Source: an uncultured Poribacteria bacterium (GTDB lineage: Bacteria > Poribacteria > WGA-4E > WGA-3G). From it: a stretch of DNA of 64,000 bases. The notes beneath the pieces are model-generated. The model worked only from the letters and a program-made list of their open reading frames with translations. It did no database searches and was not told where the DNA came from. Location of the stretch: assembly GCA_958296135.2 (NCBI GenBank), contig CATQHZ020000001.1, forward strand, positions 384,001 to 448,000, in the 5' to 3' direction. A program made the translations under genes and the position numbers. Positions 1 to 9,476 of the stretch are shown here, piece by piece; the first letter of the stretch is position 1; every line of letters starts with the position of its first letter.

Positions 1-960
1 TGTCAATCCATCATAAGCCGCTTGCGCATCTTCGGGATGAATTGTGTGTGTTAGCAATTCTGAAACCTTGAATTTACCCGCCTCAATGAGCGAGTAGACT
101 AAGCGGGAGTTCCGTTCAAGCGAATGCTTAGATTCCCCGGTATGCATTACCGGATAAACCCACTCGTGTGCGCTGCGAAGCGTAATCGCCCCCAAGCCGA
201 TACTATGACTATAGTTCAGAATCGCCGTTGCATCCGTGATAAACTCGCCGCGCGGTGAACCGAGGAGGATAACCTCACCCTTGGCGCGCGTCAGTTGATA
301 CGCCGTTTCGACGAGCCGCGGGTTTCCGATTGCCTCAACGGTAACTTCCGCTTTCTCGTCATCAGTTAACGCGAGGACGCGTTCCAACACATCTTCCTCA
401 TCGGGATTAATCAGGTGTTGGATACCGCACCGCCGCGCGATTTCTGAGCGCGCCGGTATCCGCTCAACGCCGATGACTTTCATGCCGGCTAGATTGAAAA
501 GCTGCGCCGCCGCATTGCCCACGAGCCCTAAGCCGATGATGACGACAGTATCGCCAAACTCTGCAGAAGAGACGCGTACTGAAGTCATCGCCACCGTTGC
601 CATCCGCACGAACGGAATCAGTTTTGCGTCCAGTGTTAACGGCGGCGTGAACGCGAGAAAAACCCGGTCGGTCTTCGCAACGGAGGCGTGCGGCGTATAA
701 CAGAAAACGAAATCGCCGACTGCACATTTCGTCACGTTCCCGCCAATGGCAAGCACCTCGCCGATGGCAGTATAACCTGAGCCGTGCGGGAATTGCGTGC
801 CGCTTTCCAGCCCGGTATAACCTGCGCCTTCGGTGCCGGGGCTGATGAGGCTATAGTGCGTTTTCAGCAAAATCTGGTTGGGCGCGAGGGTTTCGTCAAG
901 TTCAAAATCTTCCAGCGTTACTGCACGTTTCTCTGGCATGACAATGCGTTTGCCTTTCAT
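1..960 (-). CDS. Zinc-binding alcohol dehydrogenase (MDR superfamily), 3' end runs off the window
   Basis: ATG at 960 reads MKGKRIVMPEKRAVTLEDFELDETLAPNQILLKTHYSLISPGTE, with a Rossmann motif DTVVIIGLGLVG and later VTVEAIGNP and GEVILLG. Confidence 0.85.
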   Translation of the reverse strand, partial: MKGKRIVMPEKRAVTLEDFELDETLAPNQILLKTHYSLISPGTEGAGYTGLESGTQFPHGSGYTAIGEVLAIGGNVTKCAVGDFVFCYTPHASVAKTDRVFLAFTPPLTLDAKLIPFVRMATVAMTSVRVSSAEFGDTVVIIGLGLVGNAAAQLFNLAGMKVIGVERIPARSEIARRCGIQHLINPDEEDVLERVLALTDDEKAEVTVEAIGNPRLVETAYQLTRAKGEVILLGSPRGEFITDATAILNYSHSIGLGAITLRSAHEWVYPVMHTGESKHSLERNSRLVYSLIEAGKFKVSELLTHTIHPEDAQAAYDGLT

Positions 961-1155
961 CGGGAGTCCTCTGGTTCATGTTTTTTCTCTAGTGTATCAT
1001 AAAATTGCGTTTCTATCAATTTTTTTTGCCTGAATCAGGATTTATAGGATTTACAAGATTTGCAGGATTAGGGGCCCTGGAGCCACCGCAGCTATCGCTG
1101 CAAGAAATGAAGGTTGAGAAGGAAATCGGGGGAGTGCAGGAACCGTCTCGCAGCC

Positions 1156-1234
1156 CCGTAGCGTGAAAACCTGGGGCGGCCGCCAGAAACCCTCACGCAC
1201 GCCTGTAGCGCGAGGGAAAACCTGTCCCTCGCCG
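1156..1234 (+). repeat. GTAG-type REP-like palindromes (2 copies)
   Basis: CCGTAGCGTG...CACGC and CTGTAGCGCGAGGG-AAAACCTGT-CCCTCGCC match the window-wide consensus. Confidence 0.65.
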
Positions 1235-1298
1235 TGCTGCTTCAGAAAAGCAAGAGCTCCGAGCAGGACAGTCCTGTTATGCGCCATCGCGCGGTAGC

Positions 1299-1859
1299 CT
1301 AGAGATGCGTCCGGGTCGGTGTGAACGGCACGACGTTCGGTGGAAGCGATGGCTCGGCTGTCTTCGCCTTCTCCGCCTGCACCGGTGCGGCCTTGATGAC
1401 AGGTAAGGGAATACCGCGTGCAGCCAACTGCTGCTGTTCGTCTGCCAGCGCACGGCTGTCGTCTTCATCGGTACCGGGTAGGTGATGTTTCTCACGTTCA
1501 TCTGCTAAGTTACACGTGGATTTCTTGGTGCCGCGGATGCTCGGCTCAGCGGAGAGCATCTCTCGCAGCGTCTGCATCGCCTCGTGGATAGCAGGCTCCG
1601 TGATGCCTAGCACGTCTGCCAATAACCGCGCATCCAAGACATGCCGCCATGCGTCGCGGTGGCACTCGTTGTAGGGCAGCATCCGATAGGATTTCAAGTC
1701 GGCGAATACCGCATCCGCCGCTTGCAACTGCTTGTCGGTGAGCTGGCGCACGTCGAGGGTCGGCAGCGATTCCAAACCCGCCAGTCCAAATTTCCCGCGT
1801 CCCGGTTGCTGTTTACCACTGTGCATCCAATGGTAAAGCAAACCTAACGTAGAATTAAT
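1299..1859 (-). pseudogene. C-terminal remnant of a large restriction-modification / N6-DNA methyltransferase-type protein
   Basis: The frame reads INSTLGLLYHWMHSGKQQPGRG...LPTLDVRQL...RHVLDARLL, resembling C-termini of type IIG-like R-M proteins. The frame closes with a stop a few codons upstream, inside the repeat at 1863, and has no ATG or RBS. Confidence 0.55.
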
Positions 1860-1862
1860 GGG

Positions 1863-1895
1863 AGTTGGCTGTCATCAAACTTAATTAGGGTGCCA
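1863..1895. repeat. Direct repeat A, copy 1 (copy 2 at 2456-2487; degenerate copy at about 3010-3041)
   Basis: AGTTGGCTGTCATCAAACTTAAT is identical in copies 1 and 2, followed by (T/C)AGG(G)TGCCA. Confidence 0.85.
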
Positions 1896-2027
1896 ATTAG
1901 ACACCCCCTCTTTATTATTAATATAGTTAGTGCGATAGGGAAGAACAAACAGACATCCAAATTTATTGTTGTCCTATCCGTACTCCGTAAAGGCGGACTA
2001 AAATCCGCTCTAGCCCGCCAATACGCT

Positions 2028-2414
2028 TTATGGATCGGTAAATTGATTCAGGATGGTTAGGAACTCACCCACGGTTTTAGCTCCAAACTTCTGATGGGAC
2101 TCGATCCAATTCTTGATGCCCACATCACCACCGGGTGCAAACCAATGGATTCTGTCTACACGCTCAAGCCAGTCGTTAGAGACTGCAAACTGCGCAGACA
2201 CTCCAGCAATCTGGTCGTTGCTGTAGAGTGGCTTTGCCAAGTAATCGTTAATCGGGGTCAACCGGCGCCAGATTTCGCTTTTAATATCCGCGTATCTGAC
2301 TTTGCCCAACCTCAATAACGTGTCATAATAAACGACCGCGATGACTGGACGTGCTTCGGTTTGCTGCAGAATCAAAATCTGCTCGGATGTGAGATTGCCA
2401 CTTACTGCTGACAT
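2028..2414 (-). CDS. Hypothetical protein, paralog of 2575-2971
   Basis: 128 aa ORF with an AAGGAG RBS; aligns by eye with its neighbour (NLT.Q...T..R......D.L.R.G.....DI..E..RRL.PI.D.LA). Confidence 0.8.
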   Translation of the reverse strand: MSAVSGNLTSEQILILQQTEARPVIAVVYYDTLLRLGKVRYADIKSEIWRRLTPINDYLAKPLYSNDQIAGVSAQFAVSNDWLERVDRIHWFAPGGDVGIKNWIESHQKFGAKTVGEFLTILNQFTDP

Positions 2415-2494
2415 GTTATGTCTCCTTCAGTTATGCCTACACCCAACACTTTGGTAGTTGGCTGTCATCAAACTTAATCAGGTGCCAGTTTCAA

Positions 2495-2524
2495 TTCCCT
2501 TCCACCGGGCAAGCGCATCTCAAC
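2495..2524. repeat. Direct repeat B, copy 1 (copy 2 at 3228-3257)
   Basis: TTCCCTTCCACCGGGCAAGCGCATCTCAAC vs TTCCCTTCCACCGGGACAGCGCAACTCAAC (27/30 identical). Confidence 0.85.
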
Positions 2525-2574
2525 ATTACTTTGACGATTGCGCCGACCGGCTATGTGTCCGAGTTGATAGCTGC

Positions 2575-2971
2575 CTATTCGATTACCGGATTTTCGATCG
2601 CACCGAGTGCAGCCAGCAACCGATAGCGGTGATCAGGCTCCAATCGGCTGTCTATCCAATCCGCGGCTAGTTCAGCGCAGCCATCTTTGAAAGCGTTTTC
2701 GCCATTCTGCCGCGTTGTCCAACCTTTATACTGATTAAACTGCTGGAGCACGCCAGCGACAGCATACGCAGGATAATGCTGCGTTGATGCCGCCAATTCG
2801 TCGTAGATTGGAGCGAGCCGACGCTCGACCTCGGCGGTAATATCACTTTGGATAGCCACGCCATCACGAACGAGGATATCGTTAACAATAATTCGGACCG
2901 CATCTCTTTCGGGTGTCCGATTGATCAGTGCTAACTGATTGGCGGTGAGGTTCTGTTTACGAGTAGCCATT
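2575..2971 (-). CDS. Hypothetical protein, paralog of 2028-2414
   Basis: The ORF most likely starts at MATRKQNLT (start coordinate approximate) after an AGGAG RBS; homologous to the downstream gene. Confidence 0.8.
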
Positions 2972-3316
2972 ATTAAATCTCCTATAATAATGTCCATACC
3001 CAACAAGGGGAGTGATCGATCATTAACTAATCAGGGATGCCTTGATATTACCTATTAATATAACCAATGGGCTGTGGATATCCAAACCGACAACTTAATT
3101 AATGGTTGTCAGTTAACGACGCGCGTTTGTTTGCATAATATGCCAAGATCTGATTAGTGCCGGACTCCTCGCGTATCTTATGCATCTCCTTGTCGAATTG
3201 CTGAGCCTTATAGTCAAAGCGTTTCCCTTCCCTTCCACCGGGACAGCGCAACTCAACTTAATCATCGCATCTAACATGCCTGTTGCAGTGCCAGTTTTTC
3301 GATTATTACCGGTTAA

Positions 3317-3345
3317 AGTTTAACATTTTATCACATTTATGTCAA
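3317..3345 (-). promoter_or_regulatory. Sigma70-type promoter facing the AT-rich islet
   Basis: Minus strand TTGACA-17 bp-TAAACT. Confidence 0.6.
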
Positions 3346-3369
3346 ACTTTTTTCGTGCGCGTTTGGAAA

Positions 3370-4545
3370 TTAACCAAACAGTGCCCGCCGCATTTGCCGG
3401 ACCGCCTGCCGAATCCTATCCTCATTTTCTACGAGCGCGATGCGGACATAGCCCTCACCGTTATGCCCAAAGCCAGCGCCGGGAGAAACACACACCTCCG
3501 CCTCGTTTAGCAGCTTCATTGAGAACTCCAGGGAGGTAAGATGCCGCCACGGTTCGGGAATCGGGGCCCAGACGAACATGGATGCACGCGGTGCCTTCAC
3601 ATGCCAGCCGATGCGGTTTAATCCGTCAACCAGCACATCGCGACGTTTCCGATAGACCTCGGCGTTTTCCTGAACGACATCCGCCGGCGTGCGCAATGCC
3701 ATAATCGAGGCGACTTGGATAGGCGCGAAAATGCCGTAATCGTAGTAGCCTTTGATACGCGCAAGTGCCTCTATAATGTCGCGGTTGCCGACGGCAAACC
3801 CGCACCGCCAGCCCGCCATGTTGTAGGATTTGGACAGCGATAAAAATTCAACGCCTACATCTTTCGCACCCTTCGCCTGCAGGAAACTGGGGGCCTCGTA
3901 GCCATCAAAAACGATGTCGGCATACGCTAAGTCGTGGATGACTACTATATCCTGCCGTTTGGCGAAGTCGACAACCTCTTCAAAGAACGCCAAGTCTGTC
4001 ACCGCACCGGTAGGATTATGCGGGAAACTCAAGATAAGCACCTTCGGGCGCGGCCAAATATCGCGCGTGATTTCGGCGAGAGAGGGGACGAAATGGTTCT
4101 CCTCGGTTAAGGGAATGCTGACGACGCTACCGCCCGCGAGGACGATGCTGTAAGTATGAATGGGAAATGTGGGATTCGGCACCATCGCCAGATCGCCTTC
4201 GTCAATCAGCGCGAGGGCCAGATGACCGAGGCCCTCTTTCGTTCCGATAACAGCAATGGCTTCTTCGTCCGCATCGATGCTGACACCGAACCGGCGTTCA
4301 TAATGCCAACTGACTTCGCGGCGGAGATTGAAAATGCCGCGCGATGCAGAGTAGCGGTGGTGCCGGAGCTCCTGCGCGGCTTCGGTGAGCTTGTCAATAA
4401 TAGGCTGAGGTGTGGGTTGATTCGGATTCCCCATCCCCAAATCGATAATATCGATGCCGAGCTGCCGGCGTTCGTGCGTTAACTGCTTGAGTTTGCCAAA
4501 CATATACGGCGGCAACCGATTCAAGCGTTTTGAGAATATGTTCAT
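3370..4545 (-). CDS. PLP-dependent class I/II aminotransferase (AlaC / LL-DAP aminotransferase-like)
   Basis: DLGMGNP, FPHNPTG, HDLAYAD and SLSKSYNMAGWR motifs; start MNIFSKRL. Confidence 0.92.
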   Translation of the reverse strand: MNIFSKRLNRLPPYMFGKLKQLTHERRQLGIDIIDLGMGNPNQPTPQPIIDKLTEAAQELRHHRYSASRGIFNLRREVSWHYERRFGVSIDADEEAIAVIGTKEGLGHLALALIDEGDLAMVPNPTFPIHTYSIVLAGGSVVSIPLTEENHFVPSLAEITRDIWPRPKVLILSFPHNPTGAVTDLAFFEEVVDFAKRQDIVVIHDLAYADIVFDGYEAPSFLQAKGAKDVGVEFLSLSKSYNMAGWRCGFAVGNRDIIEALARIKGYYDYGIFAPIQVASIMALRTPADVVQENAEVYRKRRDVLVDGLNRIGWHVKAPRASMFVWAPIPEPWRHLTSLEFSMKLLNEAEVCVSPGAGFGHNGEGYVRIALVENEDRIRQAVRQMRRALFG

Positions 4546-4549
4546 TTTT

Positions 4550-5251
4550 TCATGTCGGCCGAGCATTGTCTCTGCTTTCAGGCCGCGTTGTCTTTTTAAA
4601 TGCGCTTGCGGCGTTGTGGGCCTGCCGGGTCGGTTCCGGCAGGCGATACCCACTGCCACAAGTGAAACAGAATGTTATTGCCGAATCCAACGCGATGCGG
4701 TGTCCTATTGACACATAGATAGGCCGCACGTTGGAACGGGTTCGGACGACGGCTCCGATAACCTCGTCCGCGTCATACAGATATTCATAAGCCCCGCGTT
4801 CGGTGTCGGGTGCCGCGTATCGGCCGCAGAGGCGGGACTTTGCACACCCAATCGTCGGTTTATCCAGAAGCAGTCCCAAATGCGCTGCGATGCCAAACCG
4901 CCGGGGGTGTGCAATACCGTGCCCATCAACCATCACGAGGGACGGCTCAGCTTGCAACTGGGAAAACGCCTCCAACAGCGGCGGGATTTCCCGAAACGAG
5001 AGCAACCCCGGGATGTAAGGAAAACGGACAGGACTCTCCACAACCACGCGCTCTACCACCTGCAATTCGGGGAAGCTGAGGACGACTACGGCGGCGAGTG
5101 CCGTGTCTTTCCGCAGCCCGATGTCCACACCGGCGACGGTGTCAATTGTCCCCTGCCGGTCTGCCCGAATCACCTTGTCGCGTAACTCGTTTTGAATACG
5201 CCGCGCTTCGGCAGGCGTAACGTCCCATGCGTGTAAGGAGTCGTAGTGCAT
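4550..5251 (-). CDS. nfi: Endonuclease V
   Basis: [33 protein letters not shown] and YRLPEPTR motifs. Confidence 0.95.
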   Translation of the reverse strand: MHYDSLHAWDVTPAEARRIQNELRDKVIRADRQGTIDTVAGVDIGLRKDTALAAVVVLSFPELQVVERVVVESPVRFPYIPGLLSFREIPPLLEAFSQLQAEPSLVMVDGHGIAHPRRFGIAAHLGLLLDKPTIGCAKSRLCGRYAAPDTERGAYEYLYDADEVIGAVVRTRSNVRPIYVSIGHRIALDSAITFCFTCGSGYRLPEPTRQAHNAASAFKKTTRPESRDNARPT

Positions 5252-5331
5252 TGCTGCAGTTTCTCCGGTAGAAGGATTTCCGGTCGCGATGTGGAAATCG
5301 CTCTTACCAGAATAGTATACCCGAAACCAAG

Positions 5332-5496
5332 TCAATTGTCAAGTCTTTCTTCCTTGACGTTTTTGACTTCAACGGTTCTGGGTTTTGCGATACGCTGGAT
5401 GCCGGCGAAAAAGGCGTTCAGCATCAAATAGCCGCCGCCGATTCCGACTAAGGTCCCTAAGCCGCCGATAATAAATTCGATTCCGCTAAACATCAT
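5332..5496 (-). CDS. Small single-TM membrane protein
   Basis: 54 aa with a GGAGG RBS and a hydrophobic stretch [23 protein letters not shown]; stop lies just upstream of nfi. Confidence 0.6.
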   Translation of the reverse strand: MMFSGIEFIIGGLGTLVGIGGGYLMLNAFFAGIQRIAKPRTVEVKNVKEERLDN

Positions 5497-5828
5497 CTGT
5501 GCCTCCTGAATGAGTTGTGTGCGGTGCCCTGATGTGGGCACCCGGTTTTCCGCCGAGAGAGAAAAGACTATGGTTTGCACCTTCTGCCGCAAACTTAATA
5601 ACATAAACGATGAGTCTGTGCTCAGGTTTCAAATCGAGCGCAATTAATACATTAGCAAAAATTGTGCCAATGTTAAAGCGGGATATTTTCAGAAAATGTG
5701 TAGGATGAGACACAAAAAGGTTGGAAATCTGCAGGGAAGGTGTGTTAAAATAGAGACATGCATCAAAAACGTAACTTTTTGTCAAGTTTTTACGTCTAAA
5801 TTCAAAAGGATGGACGCAGCGTAACCCC

Positions 5829-5954
5829 GGTAGGCGCGCTTTTCGGAAAGCGTGCACGCGCGGTGAGGGTAAGGGTGGATTTCTCTATCCGCCTGTAGCC
5901 CGCGGAAAAAACAACCCGTTTCTTTCTCTGAATTTTCATGAAAGCGCGCCTACC
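5829..5954. repeat. About 110-125 bp intergenic element (related copies at about 9502-9650 and 10092-10190)
   Basis: Terminal GTAGGCGCGCTT...AAGCGCGCCTAC with a shared core GGG(T/C)GGATTTCT...TCCGCC.GT...AAAAA..ACCCGTTT. Confidence 0.65.
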
Positions 5955-5994
5955 GAACGGGAGTTACGGCATTCAAATTGAGGAGAACAGACAG

Positions 5995-6567
5995 ATGTTA
6001 TATTTGGACACGTTTGAAAATCTCGCGCAAGACAAAACACAAAACCGGTTCGCTATCTCCCACGAGGCGGTGGAAGGATTGCGTACTCTGCCGGAACTCG
6101 CGCCGGCCGCGGAATTGCTGGAGAAATGGCAAGCGCAGCAAATCGGATGGGACGAATTTGAGCGTGCCTTCAAGGACCAGCTCCGCGCGGAATACCGAAA
6201 AGATGAGAAGAGCCGGCTCAAGGGCCTCGCGAAGTATTGCCTCGCGAACGAGGTGGTTCTCTATTCACCGGAACCCCCCGGCGCGCAGACTTACCGGGCG
6301 ATTCTGGCGGAGGTGATTAACAGCATTTGGGAACGGAGTGGAGAAACGACGCGCGCCGTAGACCGGGCTGCCGAGCCCGCCGAAGAAAGCGCGCTCTCCG
6401 GGGAACACCGAACACAAATGGAAGAAATCGCAGAGGCATGCGAATTCTTTCAAGCGGTGGCTACAACCTACCTCCGCAAATCGTGCCTGCGCTGCGAGTA
6501 TCTGGACGCGCGTATCTATACCTGCGCGAAGTTAGGCAAGCCGGTCATCAACTACAAATGGAGTTAG
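5995..6567 (+). CDS. Hypothetical protein, DUF488-like N-terminus with a Cys-rich C-terminus
   Basis: PELAPAAELLEKW...WDEFERAFKDQL resembles DUF488; C-terminal CEFF...CLRC...TC; GAGGAG RBS. Confidence 0.6.
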   Translation: MLYLDTFENLAQDKTQNRFAISHEAVEGLRTLPELAPAAELLEKWQAQQIGWDEFERAFKDQLRAEYRKDEKSRLKGLAKYCLANEVVLYSPEPPGAQTYRAILAEVINSIWERSGETTRAVDRAAEPAEESALSGEHRTQMEEIAEACEFFQAVATTYLRKSCLRCEYLDARIYTCAKLGKPVINYKWS

Positions 6568-6637
6568 GGAACCTCGCTGTAAGGACGGATGTCATTAAAT
6601 ATCCGCCCATTCCCCTCCCGGGTCTGGGGATACCCCA

Positions 6638-7369
6638 CTATTCCAAAAACTCAGCGATAACCGGCGGCACCAGATGTGTAATCGTTTCGCCTTGCTCCAG
6701 CCGCAGGCGGATCTCCGTTGACGAAACGTCGGCGTATGCATCTGGCAACACGAGACTTGAAACGAACGGCGCATACGGGCGCGTCGCCGGTTGCGCCATG
6801 AACGCCACTATCGCCTCCACATCTGCGTCGGCGCGATTCGCCACGATGAAGCGGCACGCAGCAAAGAGTTCACGCAATTCCGCATCAAAGTCCGTGTAGT
6901 ATTTCGCGTCAAAGATTCGGATGAGGGTGTCGTATCCAACAATGAAATGGAATTCGGTTTGCGGCGGATACAAGGCACTTAAAGCGGTGATTTTGTCAAT
7001 ATACCTGCCGTGACTTGAGGCACCGACAGAGAAGCCGGGGCGGCTTTCCGCATATCGCTTGAGGGTGACAAGGCGCGCGGCGAGCGGCAAACCGAATACC
7101 CCCTTATCCACATTCGCTTTGGCAAGGAGCAGGAGCAGTTCGTCCAATTGGAATTGCGCGACTGCCTGCTCCGCCATCGCGGCGTGCGCCACGGTTATGG
7201 GGTTGAACGAGCCCGAAAAGATGCCGAGTCGCTTAATTTCTCCGTTGCCGGAGGCACGCTTTGCAAGCGCGCCCGCCTGGACGATTTCTATCCGTGGTAG
7301 TCCTGCCAGATCTAGCGCCTCAAAGAGTCGCGCGAACCGTTCATAGTCAGGAGAGTTAAGAAATTTCAT
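6638..7369 (-). CDS. Nicotinamide/nicotinate mononucleotide adenylyltransferase family (Pof1-like signature)
   Basis: GSFNPITVAH, ANVDK, FIVGYDTLIRIFDAKYY and VSSTEIR motifs. Confidence 0.85.
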   Translation of the reverse strand: MKFLNSPDYERFARLFEALDLAGLPRIEIVQAGALAKRASGNGEIKRLGIFSGSFNPITVAHAAMAEQAVAQFQLDELLLLLAKANVDKGVFGLPLAARLVTLKRYAESRPGFSVGASSHGRYIDKITALSALYPPQTEFHFIVGYDTLIRIFDAKYYTDFDAELRELFAACRFIVANRADADVEAIVAFMAQPATRPYAPFVSSLVLPDAYADVSSTEIRLRLEQGETITHLVPPVIAEFLE

Positions 7370-7591
7370 TTTAGATTGAATAGGACTTACGCAGAAACGG
7401 TTCCGGTAGGCGAGTCGGTGCGATGGCGTGATACGGTGCAACGGGCACGCTTGTGTCAGCGGCATGCGTTGCATCGCAAAATCATGCTTCCTTATCGCGC
7501 AACGTTTAGGCGCGACGGTTTGAAACCGCGCCTACGGACACGTGATTGTAGGCGCGGATATTTAAGACATCCGCCCTTACGAATTTTGGGA

Positions 7592-8380
7592 TTAGACATG
7601 TTTCTTGGCGGCTTCCCAGATTGCGTCAAGTCCCGCCAGATCATAGTCTTCAAAGGATTTCCCGCGGCGTTCGACTTCTGCTTCCATCCATTTGAAGCGC
7701 GCCGTGAATTTGCGATTTGCTTTCCGCAACGCCTCTTCCGCTTGGACGTTCATAAAGCGGCATAGGTTCACGACAGTGAACAACAGGTCACCGAGTTCCA
7801 TCTCGGTTGCATCAGGTTCGTTCGCCTTGATGCTCGCCTTCACCTCGCCGACTTCTTCGTCAATCTTGGCGACGACATCGGAGAGTTCTTCCCAATCAAA
7901 CCCGACATCTGCGGCGCGTCGCTGGAGTTTCTGTGCCTTTTGCAGGCTAGGCAGCGCGTCCGGCACGCCGTCAAGCACGGAGTGTCTATCTTCGTAGCCG
8001 CGCTCTTGCCGTTTGATCTCTTCCCAATTTTTGACGACGGTGTCGGCATCGTCCGCCTGCACGTTGCCGAAGACGTGCGGGTGCCGGCGGATGAGTTTCT
8101 CGGCAAGAGTCTCAATGACATCGCTAATGGTGAAATGCTGATTTTCCGCTGCAATCTGTGCTTGAAGCATGACGTTGAGAAGCAGGTCGCCGAGTTCCTC
8201 CTTCAGTTTCTCTGGCACAGCGGCATCGATGGCTTCCACTACCTCGTAGGTTTCCTCGATGAGCGTGCGTTTGAGCGTCTCGTGCGTCTGCGCGCGGTCC
8301 CAGGGGCATCCGTTGTCGCTCCGTAGCATTGCGATGACGTTAACGAGTGCTTCAAATAGTTCTTTCTGATCTCTTTGCAT
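7592..8380 (-). CDS. mazG: Nucleoside triphosphate pyrophosphohydrolase MazG
   Basis: LRSDNGCPWDRAQT, EETYE, EELGDLL, KLIRRHPHVFG, and a second MazG domain ELGDLLF. Confidence 0.95.
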   Translation of the reverse strand: MQRDQKELFEALVNVIAMLRSDNGCPWDRAQTHETLKRTLIEETYEVVEAIDAAVPEKLKEELGDLLLNVMLQAQIAAENQHFTISDVIETLAEKLIRRHPHVFGNVQADDADTVVKNWEEIKRQERGYEDRHSVLDGVPDALPSLQKAQKLQRRAADVGFDWEELSDVVAKIDEEVGEVKASIKANEPDATEMELGDLLFTVVNLCRFMNVQAEEALRKANRKFTARFKWMEAEVERRGKSFEDYDLAGLDAIWEAAKKHV

Positions 8381-8421
8381 AGTTTCTCCATCATTTTCAG
8401 GGGCAACTGAATGCTCTGGTA

Positions 8422-9120
8422 TTAGGCAGCTCCGTTATCCCGAAAGGTTTCCAATTGAATGATGAGCCGCCCCAATTGCAGGCGCAATAACAGCACATAG
8501 ATTTGCATGAGCAGGCCGACGTGCGCCTCTGTCGGCAATTCGCTGGCATGGATCATCGCGAGGAATTTGTCGGCACGATCGCGAACCTGTTCCGCCTGCG
8601 CGATGTCCATCGCGTCGGTTTGCGCCGTGCTCTCTTTGATAAACTGCCAAATCCTGTCCTGAATTTCTAGCATGTAATTTTTTGTCATAACGGTGCGGGC
8701 GCGCTTCGCGGAATCCACCCAGATGGAATTCGCCTTCCAATTCAGCATAAATGCGATGCCGTTGATAATCACATCACGCAGGCTATCCTCGCCGGAGAGG
8801 AGCTCCTCTAGGTTAGTCACCCCTTCTGCCTCGGCGGAGAAGGTGCGGACGCGAGTGTAATCCTTCAGATTTTTCAACATCAACTCGTTTTCGGTGATGA
8901 GATTCCACAGCTCTGCGCTAGTTGCGAGGAGCGTCTCAACTTGTGTGCGCAGCGCGAGCGGCAGCTGTGCACGGATGCAACAGTAGTGGACGCTGTGGAG
9001 CCGACTCCGAAACTGGTGCAGATTGTCTGCTGTCTGGATCTCCGGCGAACGTGCAATCTGTGGGAGTAACTCATCCCGAATCTGATTTAAAAGGGTCTCG
9101 ATAGTGCGTTCGGCGTTCAT
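8422..9120 (-). CDS. Hypothetical helical protein
   Basis: 232 aa ORF co-oriented upstream of mazG; no family recognised. Confidence 0.7.
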   Translation of the reverse strand: MNAERTIETLLNQIRDELLPQIARSPEIQTADNLHQFRSRLHSVHYCCIRAQLPLALRTQVETLLATSAELWNLITENELMLKNLKDYTRVRTFSAEAEGVTNLEELLSGEDSLRDVIINGIAFMLNWKANSIWVDSAKRARTVMTKNYMLEIQDRIWQFIKESTAQTDAMDIAQAEQVRDRADKFLAMIHASELPTEAHVGLLMQIYVLLLRLQLGRLIIQLETFRDNGAA

Positions 9121-9177
9121 ATCATTTATGATAACAGATTTTTCCGGTAGATGTCAACTAAATTGTCTGAATCGATG

Positions 9178-9207
9178 TTGGCATATTTTTTGGAAATATG
9201 ATATAAT
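9178..9207 (+). promoter_or_regulatory. Putative sigma70 promoter of tatA
   Basis: TTGGCA-18 bp-TATAAT with TG extension. Confidence 0.45.
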
Positions 9208-9269
9208 ATCTCCAATATTACGCGTGCATCGTTAAATCGCGCGAAATCGTTAAGATGGGGGGGGGAAAT

Positions 9270-9476
9270 ATGTTAGGCCTTGGCCCTTGGGAATTACTGA
9301 TTGTGTTAGCCATTGTGCTACTCATCTTCGGCGGGAAACGCCTGCCGGAATTGGCGCGTGGCCTCGGCAAGAGTATCAATAACTTTAAGTCCGGCCTCAA
9401 CGAAGAAGAACCAGATGAGGCGGGTACTGAAACCGCTCGCGAGAAAGAACCACCGCAGAAGGAGCAGTCAAGTTAA
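9270..9476 (+). CDS. tatA: Twin-arginine translocase TatA/E
   Basis: MLGLGPWELLIVLAIVLLIFGGKRLPELARGLGKSINNFK. Confidence 0.95.
   Translation: MLGLGPWELLIVLAIVLLIFGGKRLPELARGLGKSINNFKSGLNEEEPDEAGTETAREKEPPQKEQSS

Noticed and set aside
1030-1072. Short GGATTT-type iterations as an origin or iteron site
   Set aside because: Only about four degenerate 9-10 bp units and no replication gene nearby.
1863-3257. Integron cassette array
   Set aside because: No integrase, and the repeats lack the attC inverted-repeat structure with RYYYAAC/GTTRRRY ends.
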